From Candidatus Abzuiibacterium crystallinum (GTDB taxonomy: Bacteria > Omnitrophota > Omnitrophia > Omnitrophales > Abzuiibacteriaceae): a stretch of 64,000 nt of DNA. Below are more model-generated notes on this DNA. The model was not told the DNA's origin. It made no database searches and saw only the letters and a program-made list of their open reading frames with translations. Numbering within the stretch: position 1 is the first letter of the stretch. The letters are not shown here. The stretch lies in contig PCVY01000023.1 in NCBI GenBank assembly GCA_002787155.1, positions 6,828-70,827 of the forward strand, read 5' to 3'.

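Overview
The window looks like a contig from a moderately AT-rich bacterium, probably uncultivated. I could not identify the taxon from sequence alone. Nearly all genes are on the + strand, in three blocks.

(1) Housekeeping, 1-9.7 kb: the 3' end of a class-I pyridine-nucleotide disulfide oxidoreductase; pdxH on the minus strand; amt-glnK; a trehalose cluster otsA-otsB-unknown-treT-like; and a ClC chloride channel with CBS domains.

(2) A type IVa pilus machinery locus in two sub-blocks, 9.8-26.1 kb. The first is a pilB-type ATPase with an MshEN-like N-terminus, pilC, five prepilin-type (pseudo)pilins, a PilX-like protein and a PilZ-domain protein. A TPR-containing GT-C-like membrane protein follows, then a short MerR-type HTH gene and a ParA-like ATPase. 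The second sub-block is a pilM-pilN fusion, pilO, pilP and the pilQ secretin. Pilin gene starts are marked by a recurring GGGGTC(A/T)GACCCC palindrome family. After the secretin come a PEGA-domain protein, a processive family-2 glycosyltransferase (QxxRW), a psd-pssA pair and a LysE-like exporter.

(3) The standout is one uninterrupted reading frame from 31702 to the window end. It is at least 32.3 kb and 10,766 codons, with no stop in the window. It is absent from the supplied ORF track only because it never terminates. I translated it by eye, spot-checked about 25 stretches for frame, and found no in-frame stop; that is not an exhaustive codon-by-codon check, though the ORF track (no terminated + strand ORF covering this span; all listed + ORFs are in frame 2) supports it. 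It encodes a giant modular protein:
- an N-terminal signal-peptide-like segment;
- long arrays of 44-aa alpha-helical, HEAT-like repeats of the 'ELPAISQALL..IKGS' type;
- at least 15 recurrences of a conserved linker cassette (..YGD..EI..IL....QLNAYREQL.A.YQREQ, a Gly/Thr-rich stretch built from GGGAACA heptanucleotide repeats, then LW....SELRTKDYS.MSVDELL.ELQSIKGS);
- a central ring-like block of six tandem MoxR/midasin-class (AAA_5-like) AAA+ domains at about 44.8-51.9 kb;
- an HExxH motif;
- a CoxE-like VWA domain with an intact DxSxS MIDAS motif at about 53.4-54.1 kb;
- further repeat modules to the window end.

Six AAA domains followed by a MIDAS domain is the domain logic of eukaryotic midasin (Rea1/MDN1), here embedded in a 10,000+ aa HEAT-like scaffold. 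The gene also contains near-identical intragenic duplications, coding heptanucleotide tandem repeats, and a 39-41 nt palindromic mini-insert whose core recurs in the GT-C/TPR gene at 19 kb.

No rRNA, tRNA, CRISPR array or transposase was found.
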